From Chloroherpeton thalassium (GTDB taxonomy: Bacteria > Bacteroidota > Ignavibacteria > Kapaibacteriales > UBA2268): a stretch of DNA of 54,499 nucleotides. Location: NCBI GenBank assembly GCA_020720105.1, contig DYPF01000001.1:16782-71280 (forward strand), read 5' to 3'. Both the position numbers and the translations under genes were made by a program. Shown one piece after another: positions 44,463 to 53,384 of this stretch; position 1 is the stretch's first letter, and every line of letters begins with the position of its first letter. A model generated the notes under the pieces. It was not told the origin of the DNA, ran no database searches, and was given only the letters and a program-made list of their open reading frames with translations.

Positions 44463-45662
44463 ATGAATATCAATTTTTTAGACCTTGCAAAAGATAACTT
44501 TGAATATTGCAAATCAATTAGAAGAGCAATTCATCAAAATCCTGAACTATCATTTAATGAAATTGAAACTTCAAAACTCATTGCTTCGGAATTAACTAAT
44601 TTAGGAATTAAAAATTTCTTTGCGTTAAAATCAAGTATAGAAGAGCCTGAAAACAATATCGGAGTAATTGGAGTTCTCGGAGTAGGCGAGAGGACAGTTG
44701 CACTGCGAGCAGATATTGATGCATTGCCTATTGCTGAATCAACAAGTTTGGAATTTTCATCACGAAATCAAGGTGTGATGCATGCCTGCGGACACGATAT
44801 GCACACTGCAATGCTGCTAACTGCTGCTAAGATATTAAAGGAAAATGAAAAAGAAATCAATGGAAGGATATTATTGATTTTTCAACCTGCCGAAGAAATG
44901 CTTCCAGGCGGTGCAAAATTAATTTTGGATAGCAAAATTCTTGATGGACACAAACCTGAAGCATTTTTTGGGCAACATATAAATCCTGAATTACAATCAG
45001 GAAAAATAGTTACGAAATCTGGTCCCTTAATGGCTTCCACAGATGAAATTCATCTAACAATACATGGAAAATCAACTCATGCGGCACAGCCACATCTCGG
45101 TGCTGACCCGATTTTAGCATCTGCAAATATAATTCAATCACTTCAGAATTTGCTTACAAAATTTAAAAATCCATTAGAACCAGCTGTAATATCGGTTACT
45201 GCAATTAATTCTGGAAATACAACTAATATTATTCCAGATTCTGCGAAAATGATGGGAACAATTCGAACATATAATCAAGAATTACGCGAATTATTAAAAG
45301 AAAAAATAAATTCAAATATTATTGATATTGCCAAACAATATGATTGCACAGTTGAGAATAATATTTTAGAAGGTTACCCTCCTTTAATCAACAATACCGA
45401 AACAACCGAATTAGTTCAAGATGTAACAAAACAAATTTTGGGTGAAAATTCTTATGAAATTGCTGAACCCAAAATGTGGGCAGAAGATTTTGCTTACTAT
45501 TCGCAAATTGCTCCTTCTACTTTCTGGTTTCTGGGTGTTAAAAATGAGGATAAACCAATTTTTCCATTACATAACCCCAATCTAAATCCAGACGAAAATG
45601 CTTTAATTCAAGGAACAGCAATTATGTCAGCAATTGGAATTGAATATTTGAACCGAATATAG
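44463..45662 (+). CDS. M20D-family amidohydrolase (N-acyl-amino-acid / N-acetyl-DAP deacetylase-like)
   Basis: ...NPELSFNEIETS..., metal-binding ...MHACGHDMHTAML... and ...THAAQPHLGADPI.... ATG 44463 preferred over the TTG at 44457. Confidence 0.8.
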   Translation: MNINFLDLAKDNFEYCKSIRRAIHQNPELSFNEIETSKLIASELTNLGIKNFFALKSSIEEPENNIGVIGVLGVGERTVALRADIDALPIAESTSLEFSSRNQGVMHACGHDMHTAMLLTAAKILKENEKEINGRILLIFQPAEEMLPGGAKLILDSKILDGHKPEAFFGQHINPELQSGKIVTKSGPLMASTDEIHLTIHGKSTHAAQPHLGADPILASANIIQSLQNLLTKFKNPLEPAVISVTAINSGNTTNIIPDSAKMMGTIRTYNQELRELLKEKINSNIIDIAKQYDCTVENNILEGYPPLINNTETTELVQDVTKQILGENSYEIAEPKMWAEDFAYYSQIAPSTFWFLGVKNEDKPIFPLHNPNLNPDENALIQGTAIMSAIGIEYLNRI

Positions 45663-45677
45663 TTTGAAAAATCTAGA

Positions 45678-46313
45678 CTAAGGATAAAGTCTGCAGACTT
45701 TCCATTCACCATCAATCAAATTGTACTGAAATCTATCGTGCAAACGGCTTGGTCTGCCTTGCCAAAACTCAAATTGTGTAGGAATCAATCTATAGCCTCC
45801 CCAATTTGGTGGTAATGGCAATGAAATTGGATTTTTCATCATAATTACTGCAACTTCTCTCATTAGTTTGAATCTACTGGAGAGTGGTTGGCTTTGCTTA
45901 GAAGCCCATGCACCTGCTTGACTGATAATTGAGCGAGTTTTGAAGTACTCATAAGATTCTTCGGGAGTTACCTTTTCAATTGTACCTTGTATTCTTATTT
46001 GTCTTTCGAATTGTTGCCAAAAGAACAAGATTGATGCTTTTGGATTGATTTCTAATTCTTTGGCTTTGTGGCTATCGTAATTTGAATAAAATACTAAGCC
46101 TGTATCATCTATTGTTTTAATTAAAAGCATTCTTGATGATGGCATTCCTTCGGGCGAGACTGTTGATAAAGCAAATGCATTATAGTCGGGAATGTCTTGC
46201 TCCTTAGCAAAAAGAAACCAATTTGCACAAAGTTCCAATGGGTTTATCGCTAAACTTTTCTCTTCTAATTTAAACTTGCCGTAATCTTGGTGCTTTTCGT
46301 CTGTTATTTTCAT
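45678..46313 (-). CDS. pdxH: pyridoxamine 5'-phosphate oxidase
   Basis: ...PSSRMLLIKTIDDTGLVFYSNYDSHKAKEL..., ...RQIRIQG... and the C-terminal ...FEFWQGRPSRLHDRFQY... are PdxH signatures. Confidence 0.9.
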   Translation of the reverse strand: MKITDEKHQDYGKFKLEEKSLAINPLELCANWFLFAKEQDIPDYNAFALSTVSPEGMPSSRMLLIKTIDDTGLVFYSNYDSHKAKELEINPKASILFFWQQFERQIRIQGTIEKVTPEESYEYFKTRSIISQAGAWASKQSQPLSSRFKLMREVAVIMMKNPISLPLPPNWGGYRLIPTQFEFWQGRPSRLHDRFQYNLIDGEWKVCRLYP

Positions 46314-46334
46314 TTTTGTAATTTATATAAAACA

Positions 46335-46342
46335 CAAAATTA
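46335..46342 (-). promoter_or_regulatory. candidate -7 box TAATTTTG for pdxH
   Basis: TAnnTTTG match on the minus strand, 22 nt upstream of the pdxH ATG (46313). Confidence 0.35.
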
Positions 46343-46390
46343 GTAAGTTTTGATGATTTATGATACAAACTTTTTCAATAGTCTATGAAT

Positions 46391-46418
46391 TGGGTATTGG
46401 GTGCTGGGTATTGGGTAT
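46391..46418 (+). repeat. heptamer tandem repeat (TGGGTAT)x4, G-quadruplex-capable G3N4G3N4G3N4G3
   Basis: tgggtat-tgggtgc-tgggtat-tgggtat. GGG runs at 46392-94, 46399-401, 46406-08 and 46413-15, in an otherwise AT-rich spacer upstream of pdxH. Confidence 0.7.
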
Positions 46419-46495
46419 TTGCTTAAGGGAAAAAACAATACTTTTAGTCGAGGGTTCAAGATAGATAGATTTTGTTTGAATTCTTACTACCTCGG

Positions 46496-46685
46496 GGCTG
46501 TCTCATAAGTCCAAAATATTTCAATATTGTCATTCCCGTGCAAACGGGAATCCACTATTCCCACGAATGAATTCCTGCGTAAAATATGCGAATCTCCTTT
46601 CAATGCTTAAGCATAGGGTTGATGAGGCTTTGTATGAATTTCCGTTTGCACGGAAATGACAGCAAATCTGACTTATGAGACAGCC
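46496..46685. repeat. MITE-like nested palindromic element, copy B (190 bp, inverted relative to copy A, with internal insertion)
   Basis: Same perfect 16-bp TIRs (46496-46511 and 46670-46685). 46494-46553 matches the reverse complement of 2518-2577 at 58 of 60 positions. Hairpins ATTCCC-N8-GGGAAT (46532-46551) and ATTTCC-N8-GGAAAT (46638-46657). Confidence 0.8.
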
Positions 46686-46733
46686 ACAACTTATGAGTTA
46701 GTCACTTATAACTTTTTCGTTTACAAATAAAAT

Positions 46734-48080
46734 TTAGAAATTTAAGCCAAATCCTACTTTGAAGTTTTCCATAACAAATGGTGCTTCAGTTTCGATGGGC
46801 CAATTCATATTATCACGTCTCAACTCATATAAACCATAAGATAGACCTGATTTCAAGAAAAAATTAATGATTGGAGTGATCTCAGGGGAGAACTCACGAA
46901 CTTCATCTATGAACTCATCTAATATTGATTGTGAAGCCAATTCTATAATTCCACTTAGTGCTGAATACCAAAACATATAAGCAGGGAAGATGTGACGTCT
47001 TTCGTAAGTGGCATTCAAATTCACAATATCAAATAACACTATTTCTACTTTGGATTGGAATTGCTCACCAAATTTGAATTTTTCATTATATCTATTAAAT
47101 GTGTGTAGGAAATTGGTGTCAGAAATTGAGTTTTCGTCAACTAATGCTAATCTATTCCAAGTCATACCATTTGTATGATTAAAGATTATTCTGAAATTTT
47201 TGTGTAATTCATTACCATATCCTTCAGTCCAATTTATTCCAAAACCCCAATTTTTAGTTTGAATATCGGTTGATAAATCATCAAAATCATAAATTTCATC
47301 AGAACTATATGAAACGAAAACGTCTTGTGATGATGTTTGAATTAATGTACTTTCTTTGTAATGCTCGTATTTGTAATAGCCAAGTCTAAGTATTGAGATT
47401 GAATTATCCTTGAAATTCATATCTGGATATCTATCTTCAAATGTTGTATTTGTCAGAATTGATTGACCTGCTTCGAGTAGTAAAAATGGTTTTTCTTGAT
47501 CACTTGCACATTCATCATTTTTCATTGTGAATTTGAAATCATCGTTTTCCCACTCAAAATCTAAATCATCTTTATCAAATATGTCTTCTTCATCAAGAAA
47601 ATCTTCATCACCTTCAAAAATAATTACCTTTTCCTTACCCAAAATATAATCAGGATTATCTTTGATAATAATAATATTATTATCCTTTAGAGTAGTGATT
47701 TCAATACTATTTGTCTTTAATATGCTTTTTACATTATCAGAAATTTCATCTTCGGTCGTGCCTTTGAAAATAATAATTTTCTCCTTACCAAGAATATAAT
47801 CAGGATTATCCTTAATTATAATTACTTTCTTTTTGGTAATAGAATCAAGAACAATATCATTTTCTTTCAGTACTTTTTGGAATTCAACAGAGTTCTCGTC
47901 ATCTTCTAATATTATTATTTTTTCTTCTGAATTTATTTCACCTTCTTCAGAATTTTTGATAATAATTTCTTTTTCGATTTTCTTATGTTTTGTCGAATCT
48001 TTGGGTTCGTCCGAGATTGCAAATTGTTTGCTTGCGATAAACACAATAAGAATCGTGAAAATTTGTAATGTTGATTTCAT
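46734..48080 (-). CDS. secreted repeat protein, unknown function (acidic N-terminal repeats, beta-rich C-terminal part ending in Phe)
   Basis: 448 aa. Signal peptide MKSTLQIFTILIVFIASKQFA. Duplicated segment IIIKDNPDYILGKEK(I/V)IIF(K/E)G. C-terminus ...ENFKVGFGLNF. Confidence 0.6.
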   Translation of the reverse strand: MKSTLQIFTILIVFIASKQFAISDEPKDSTKHKKIEKEIIIKNSEEGEINSEEKIIILEDDENSVEFQKVLKENDIVLDSITKKKVIIIKDNPDYILGKEKIIIFKGTTEDEISDNVKSILKTNSIEITTLKDNNIIIIKDNPDYILGKEKVIIFEGDEDFLDEEDIFDKDDLDFEWENDDFKFTMKNDECASDQEKPFLLLEAGQSILTNTTFEDRYPDMNFKDNSISILRLGYYKYEHYKESTLIQTSSQDVFVSYSSDEIYDFDDLSTDIQTKNWGFGINWTEGYGNELHKNFRIIFNHTNGMTWNRLALVDENSISDTNFLHTFNRYNEKFKFGEQFQSKVEIVLFDIVNLNATYERRHIFPAYMFWYSALSGIIELASQSILDEFIDEVREFSPEITPIINFFLKSGLSYGLYELRRDNMNWPIETEAPFVMENFKVGFGLNF

Positions 48081-48140
48081 TTTATCCTTCCTTTTTCTGA
48101 ATAATACGAAATCAATTTTATAAATGTTTCATAAAGATTG

Positions 48141-49046
48141 TTAATTTTCCTCAATATTTTCTTCATCCTTAATTTCTTCGCTCAATTCATCGCCTTTTTC
48201 GGTATCTAAAATGTAATTATCGTGCAAAATCAAAGTGTTGGGCATTGATTGAATTAAGTTTTTAATATCAGAAAAGGGGATATTATTATTTCTGATGTCC
48301 AATAATTTTAATTTTTTTAGACTGCCAATAGAAATTGGAAGTGATTTCAGGGAATTATTTGACAAATACAAGTATTCAATATTTGGCAGATTCGAGAAAT
48401 CTCCATTTATTTGCTTGATTTTATTCTCGGATAAATCGAGATATGACAATGACTTAATTGTAGGTATATTGAAATCTTTAATCTTATTTTGCTTTAATAT
48501 TACTGTGTGTATTTTCTTGTAAGTGGTTAAATAATAGGGGAAATCCTTAATCTTGGAATTAATTGCTGAAAAACTTTGAATTTCGGTAGGCAAAAGTAAG
48601 TTTGATGGAATTTTTGTATTATCTAAACTTACAATTTTTGTATTATCCTTAATTTTTACAGATGCTTCAAGATCTTCAATTTTTTGAATCAGAGAATTGA
48701 CAGCTTCTGGCGAACCATCTTTCATGCGAATTATTTCCTTGTATTTATTCAATGCAATTTCTAATGATAATTTTGCCAGAGGATAATTCTCCATTTTCAT
48801 ATAAAATTTACCTAAAGTTTCGTCTGCAACTGCACTCCAATATTTTCCTTCCCAAGAATTATTATTAGCAATAATTCTCTTTGCTTGATTTAGAAATTCA
48901 TTTGCTAATTGATAATTATCAACATCTAAATATGTATTAGCAAGTTTCAATAATCTTTTTGCTTCGTTTAAATCTTGCGAAAATAAATTGGTAAAATTTA
49001 TTACAATCAAAACAATTAGCAGAATAATTTTATTTGTATTTTTCAT
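48141..49046 (-). CDS. secreted TPR-like plus leucine-rich-repeat protein
   Basis: 301 aa. Signal peptide, then a TPR-like N-terminal half (...YQLANEFLNQAKRI..., ...YPLAKLSLEIALNKY...). LRR units follow (...LSYLDLSENKIKQI..., ...IEYLYLSNNSLKSLP..., ...LKLLDIRNNNI...). Acidic tail. Confidence 0.7.
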   Translation of the reverse strand: MKNTNKIILLIVLIVINFTNLFSQDLNEAKRLLKLANTYLDVDNYQLANEFLNQAKRIIANNNSWEGKYWSAVADETLGKFYMKMENYPLAKLSLEIALNKYKEIIRMKDGSPEAVNSLIQKIEDLEASVKIKDNTKIVSLDNTKIPSNLLLPTEIQSFSAINSKIKDFPYYLTTYKKIHTVILKQNKIKDFNIPTIKSLSYLDLSENKIKQINGDFSNLPNIEYLYLSNNSLKSLPISIGSLKKLKLLDIRNNNIPFSDIKNLIQSMPNTLILHDNYILDTEKGDELSEEIKDEENIEEN

Positions 49047-49066
49047 TTTTTTCTCCAGTTATTTTG

Positions 49067-50221
49067 TTAATAAATTTTGATTAAATCGAAATCAAGACCA
49101 AGATAAACAACAGGTACCCATTTATTATTCATTGTCGCTGTAAGTTTATTCAAAGAAGGGTATTGAATTGGCTCTTGATAATAATTGAAAATTGTTCCAA
49201 CGTGAAATCCAAATGGGAAAAGTTTTGAAAAATTCTGAATGTTTGTTTCAGCCTTGACAAAGTTCCCAGAATAATCGTTTTTTGGAAATTCCTTTCTACA
49301 ATTCTCCGAAAATCCTTTGAAAAAGCCACTGCCAACAACAAAATTCCATTTAGTATTATTGAAGTTAAATAGCTTTGATAAATTTAATTCAAAATCAAAA
49401 CCAAAAGACCAAACATCATCTTTGTAATCATGTGTCCAAACCATTTCATTATATTGGCTGGTTCTTTGAAGAAAATCCACAGAAGTTGATAAGTAAGTGT
49501 AATCTGCCCACAAGCTTATGTACGCAGAATGATCAGAAATATTAAAAGCATTCAACTTAATTCCAAATGACGGATTAATCTCGCTATTAATAAATTCTTT
49601 GTCCATAAAAAATTGTTTGCCACTTATCTGGAAAGTTAAAATTACTTTTTCAGATAATTCTTCACTACCAAGCATAAGATATTTCAAATCAAAATTTTCT
49701 TTTGTAAGTTCTGCAATTTTATTAAAACATTCACTTTCAATTTTTTGTGATTTTTCAGAAATTTCAGCAATCTTATTCTTCATTGTATTGATTAACTCGG
49801 CATCTTTTTTACAATTAATTGTATCCAATCCTAACTTAAATAATTTTGCTTCTGCATCTGCTTTAGCTTTTTCGCAATCAATCATTTTTTTATTGTAGCT
49901 TTCTGGCAAGTCAAGAATTTGTTTTTCTAGACTTAGCGTTACTTTGATAATATTTTTTAATTGCTTAGCATCCATATTTTCAATTAATTCAAAGCTAATT
50001 TTAGGTAATTTTGCTTTGGGCTTCACTCCCAGGTTGTTTAATTGGCTTTCTAAAATTGTAGCAGATATAAAATAATCTAAATACGTGCCAAAATAAATTT
50101 CTTCACTTTCTGTGAATGCTTCAATATTTTGTGGCTCTTTTGGCAATGTAATAATAGGTTCAATTGCGAACAGATCATTACTCAATAAAAGTATAGCAAT
50201 AAGTATAATTACATTTTTCAT
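49067..50221 (-). CDS. secreted coiled-coil protein with beta-barrel-like C-terminal half, unknown function
   Basis: Signal peptide MKNVIILIAILLLSNDLFA (ATG 50221 preferred over the track start 50314). Cys-containing coiled-coil region. The aromatic-rich C-terminal half has alternating hydrophobicity and ends ...LGLDFDLIKIY. Confidence 0.6.
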   Translation of the reverse strand: MKNVIILIAILLLSNDLFAIEPIITLPKEPQNIEAFTESEEIYFGTYLDYFISATILESQLNNLGVKPKAKLPKISFELIENMDAKQLKNIIKVTLSLEKQILDLPESYNKKMIDCEKAKADAEAKLFKLGLDTINCKKDAELINTMKNKIAEISEKSQKIESECFNKIAELTKENFDLKYLMLGSEELSEKVILTFQISGKQFFMDKEFINSEINPSFGIKLNAFNISDHSAYISLWADYTYLSTSVDFLQRTSQYNEMVWTHDYKDDVWSFGFDFELNLSKLFNFNNTKWNFVVGSGFFKGFSENCRKEFPKNDYSGNFVKAETNIQNFSKLFPFGFHVGTIFNYYQEPIQYPSLNKLTATMNNKWVPVVYLGLDFDLIKIY

Positions 50222-50411
50222 TTTACTTCCTTTTTTACTGCAAATTACAAAATAATAATCTAATAAAAGTCTAATCATTGATTTTAATTTATAAAAGACT
50301 TCAACAATAAACAATCAATTAATATGCCATTTTCTTATTATCTTATTAATTATAGTACAAAATTCCGAAAAAATCAATAATTTAGTATTTGTAAATTATT
50401 CTAATAATAAA

Positions 50412-53345
50412 ATGAAAAATTATAAAAATTTATTTATCATAATAATATTCATTATTTCGATTAGTTATCAATCGTATAGTGATAATTTGGAATATACCAA
50501 AAAAAAGTATAAACGAATGATGGAAAATGCTCATCCTACTCCAGATTCGAGTATCTTTTTAAAAACTCCAAAAATTCCACTTATTCAAGGAAATTTTTTA
50601 CCATTATTTCTGAATTCGAATACAATAGGAAACGAAGATAGTGAAAGTTTCAAAATGCAAAATGAATCATCAATTGCTGTTAATCTACTAAATCCAAAAA
50701 ATTTAATTGCTTCGGCAGTTGATTATCGTGGTGAATCATCTGCGTGGGTGTACGTTTCTGATGATGGGGGAATAACTTGGCGAAATGTGAATTTGGGTAA
50801 GGTTGCAACAGATTGGAGAAATTCAAATGATCCTTCTGTTACTTTTGCTGCTGACGGCACAGGCTATCTTGTGTATGGTGGATTTGGGAAAATTGATGAA
50901 AATCAAGAATTGCTTGTAGGTGAAAATGGTATTTTCATTGCAAAAACGACAGATGAAGGCAGAACATGGAAAGCCCATATTCCAATTATTATTCATACAG
51001 GAAATCAAACGTTAGATTCAACATTTGAAGATAAATATTATATTCAAGTAGACAATTCTCCTGCTTCTGAATACTTTGGTGATTTATACGTTCCTTGGAA
51101 AAGAGTAACACCAAAAGATTCTGCAACACAAATTGTAATAAGCAAATCTACCGACAAAGGCGAAACTTGGAGTCTTCCAATACCAATTAGCCCCCGAAAA
51201 TCTGGAACAAGTGAAGACACTACTTATGGACAGAGTTTTCCATTGGCATCAACTGGACCAAACGGCGAAGTTTATGTGGTTTGGAATGACGGAATTGAGC
51301 ACGGAGTTGGTTTTGCTAAATCGCTTGATGGTGGAAAAACTTATACTGAACCCAAAATTATATTTAGATATGATATTTTTGGAACTACAAAATATATGGA
51401 AAGCCAAGGAGGATATCGGCATAGCATAAAAGGAAAAGTTCGTGCTGAAGCCTACCCCGTTATTGCTGCAGATTATTCGGCTGAAAGCCCGAACAAAGGA
51501 ATCTTATATTTAACTTGGGCTGCCGATAGTGTTCCAAATATCTATTTTGCTAAATCGCTTGATGGTGGCGAAACTTGGAGCACACCAAAGATTGTTCATA
51601 GTGACTTGAAAAATGATCAGTTTTGGCAATGGCTTGCCATCGACCCCAAGACTGGAAGTTTGGCAGTAATGTATTTTGATAGCCGAGACGATGACGAAAA
51701 TATTCTTGTAAATTGCTATGTTAGTTTATCAAATGATGCAGGTGAGAAGTGGACTGATGCACGAGTTGGTGATGGTGACAATGATTTGCGTTTAAATCCA
51801 TTTATGGATAATGCATTTGCGGGTGATTATAGTGGAGTTGCATATTATGATGGATATGTTTATCCTTCTTGGGTTGATATGAGAAATGCAGTTTCTAACA
51901 TACGAGATAGTGATGTTTTTACAGCAATTGTGGATACTTGGGCGCCGATGCCTACTGAATATCTTACTGCTACAGTGCTACCATTACAATACACAAAATT
52001 AAAAATTGATTGGAAATTCCCAAATAAATTTGTTTTCTTTGATACTCCCATTGACAAGAAGGATATTACAATTACTTTGTTGCGTAATAATGAACCAATT
52101 TATACAACAAATGAAACTGAATTTAGTTATATTGATACTAATTTAATAAGCCATCAAATGTATGATTATAGCATTTATTGCACTTACAAAAGTAACCGAA
52201 ATAGCACAAAACGATTTACATCCAATCGTCCAGGAGGAGCTGAATTTCCTGATAAACCAAAGCTAATAAGCGCTAAAAGCACTCAATTAAATGAAGTGTA
52301 TATTAGATTAGTAACTCCTTCTTTACGTGAAGACCAGATTACTCCATTATTTGATTTAACTTCAATATTATTATATGTAGATGATAAATTAGTGGATAGT
52401 TTAGTTGTAACTCCAAATGACACTAATTTATCCACAGGATTTACTTGGAAAACACCTGAAAATTTTAAAGATGGATTTTACAAAATTTATGTAAAAGCAA
52501 ATACAATTTATGGAGCAATAAGTCAGCCAAGTAATGAGTTAATTACATATATTGGCTTGCCACTTGCAATTACGTCAGATGTCAATTATCGAGAAAATTT
52601 TGACAAGGAAATCCCAATAAAATTTTGGTATGGAAAAAAATGGGGACTTACAGAAGAAATTGCATTTTCCGCTAAATTTGCATTGACAGATAACCCAAAT
52701 GTAAATTATCTTAATAATTTTAGCGATACTCTGCTAATTCCTCCATTTATTTCTTATGAACAACCTGCTAAAATAATTTTTTACAATGCTGCAATTTACG
52801 ATCCAAGCGATATTTGTAAAATTGAATTTTCAACTGATGATGGAATTACTTGGACCAATCAATTTGCAAATAAAATTGCAAAGTATTCAAAAAATGATTT
52901 TTCAGAATGGCAAGATGGTTTGCTTGACGAAAGAGATTGGAAATTAGAAGAATTAATCTATCCAGCATCAACAAATGCAATTCAAACTCGGTTTATTGTT
53001 TCAAACAATGCATTTAGAACTGACAAAGGTTGGTTTATTGATAATATTGTAATTTTAGATAAGACACTATCAGTAAATGAAAATCAAGCTTCAGTTAGAA
53101 TTTATCCAACAATTGCAAAGGAATATGTGAATATTTATTGTGATAATATTTCCGGAAAAATTACTGGTAAAATTACTGGTAAAATTACTGGTAAATTGCT
53201 AACTTTAGAAGGAATTGTATTGAAAGAATTTGCTGTAAATGACTTAATAAATTTAAGTATTTCAGATTTGCCAAAAGGATTGTATTTCATTTCAATTTAT
53301 GATAATGAAAAATTTGTTAATTTTGAAAAAATTATAAAGTTATAA
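50412..53345 (+). CDS. BNR/Asp-box repeat (sialidase-fold-like) surface protein with T9SS-type C-terminal sorting domain
   Basis: 977 aa. Signal peptide and seven Asp-boxes (SDDGGITW, TTDEGRTW, STDKGETW, SLDGGKTY, SLDGGETW, SNDAGEKW, STDDGITW). The C-terminal ...VRIYPTIAKEYVNIY...LSISDLPKGLYFISIYDNEKFVNFEKIIKL resembles the Por secretion tail. Confidence 0.8.
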   Translation: MKNYKNLFIIIIFIISISYQSYSDNLEYTKKKYKRMMENAHPTPDSSIFLKTPKIPLIQGNFLPLFLNSNTIGNEDSESFKMQNESSIAVNLLNPKNLIASAVDYRGESSAWVYVSDDGGITWRNVNLGKVATDWRNSNDPSVTFAADGTGYLVYGGFGKIDENQELLVGENGIFIAKTTDEGRTWKAHIPIIIHTGNQTLDSTFEDKYYIQVDNSPASEYFGDLYVPWKRVTPKDSATQIVISKSTDKGETWSLPIPISPRKSGTSEDTTYGQSFPLASTGPNGEVYVVWNDGIEHGVGFAKSLDGGKTYTEPKIIFRYDIFGTTKYMESQGGYRHSIKGKVRAEAYPVIAADYSAESPNKGILYLTWAADSVPNIYFAKSLDGGETWSTPKIVHSDLKNDQFWQWLAIDPKTGSLAVMYFDSRDDDENILVNCYVSLSNDAGEKWTDARVGDGDNDLRLNPFMDNAFAGDYSGVAYYDGYVYPSWVDMRNAVSNIRDSDVFTAIVDTWAPMPTEYLTATVLPLQYTKLKIDWKFPNKFVFFDTPIDKKDITITLLRNNEPIYTTNETEFSYIDTNLISHQMYDYSIYCTYKSNRNSTKRFTSNRPGGAEFPDKPKLISAKSTQLNEVYIRLVTPSLREDQITPLFDLTSILLYVDDKLVDSLVVTPNDTNLSTGFTWKTPENFKDGFYKIYVKANTIYGAISQPSNELITYIGLPLAITSDVNYRENFDKEIPIKFWYGKKWGLTEEIAFSAKFALTDNPNVNYLNNFSDTLLIPPFISYEQPAKIIFYNAAIYDPSDICKIEFSTDDGITWTNQFANKIAKYSKNDFSEWQDGLLDERDWKLEELIYPASTNAIQTRFIVSNNAFRTDKGWFIDNIVILDKTLSVNENQASVRIYPTIAKEYVNIYCDNISGKITGKITGKITGKLLTLEGIVLKEFAVNDLINLSISDLPKGLYFISIYDNEKFVNFEKIIKL
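53154..53197 (+). repeat. in-frame 12-bp tandem repeat (GGTAAAATTACT, about 3.7 copies) encoding GKITGKITGKITGK
   Basis: gga aaa att act / ggt aaa att act / ggt aaa att act / ggt aaa tt. Lies inside the T9SS-type C-terminal domain of the BNR protein. Confidence 0.9.
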
Positions 53346-53384
53346 ATTTAAAATATTATTATTAACAAAAATGAGGTTTATTAT

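Noticed and set aside
46494-46520. GGGGCTG... start of repeat copy B as the 5' end of a tmRNA or another known structured RNA
   Set aside because: Beyond the first 7 nt there is no resemblance to the tmRNA acceptor or tag region. The sequence is one arm of a dispersed inverted-repeat element that also occurs at 2449-2575.
53154-53197. Possible CRISPR-like or other array signal from short tandem repeats, including the heptamer array at 46391-46418
   Set aside because: The units are contiguous (12 bp and 7 bp) with no spacers. One is in-frame coding sequence. No cas genes are present, so these are simple tandem repeats.
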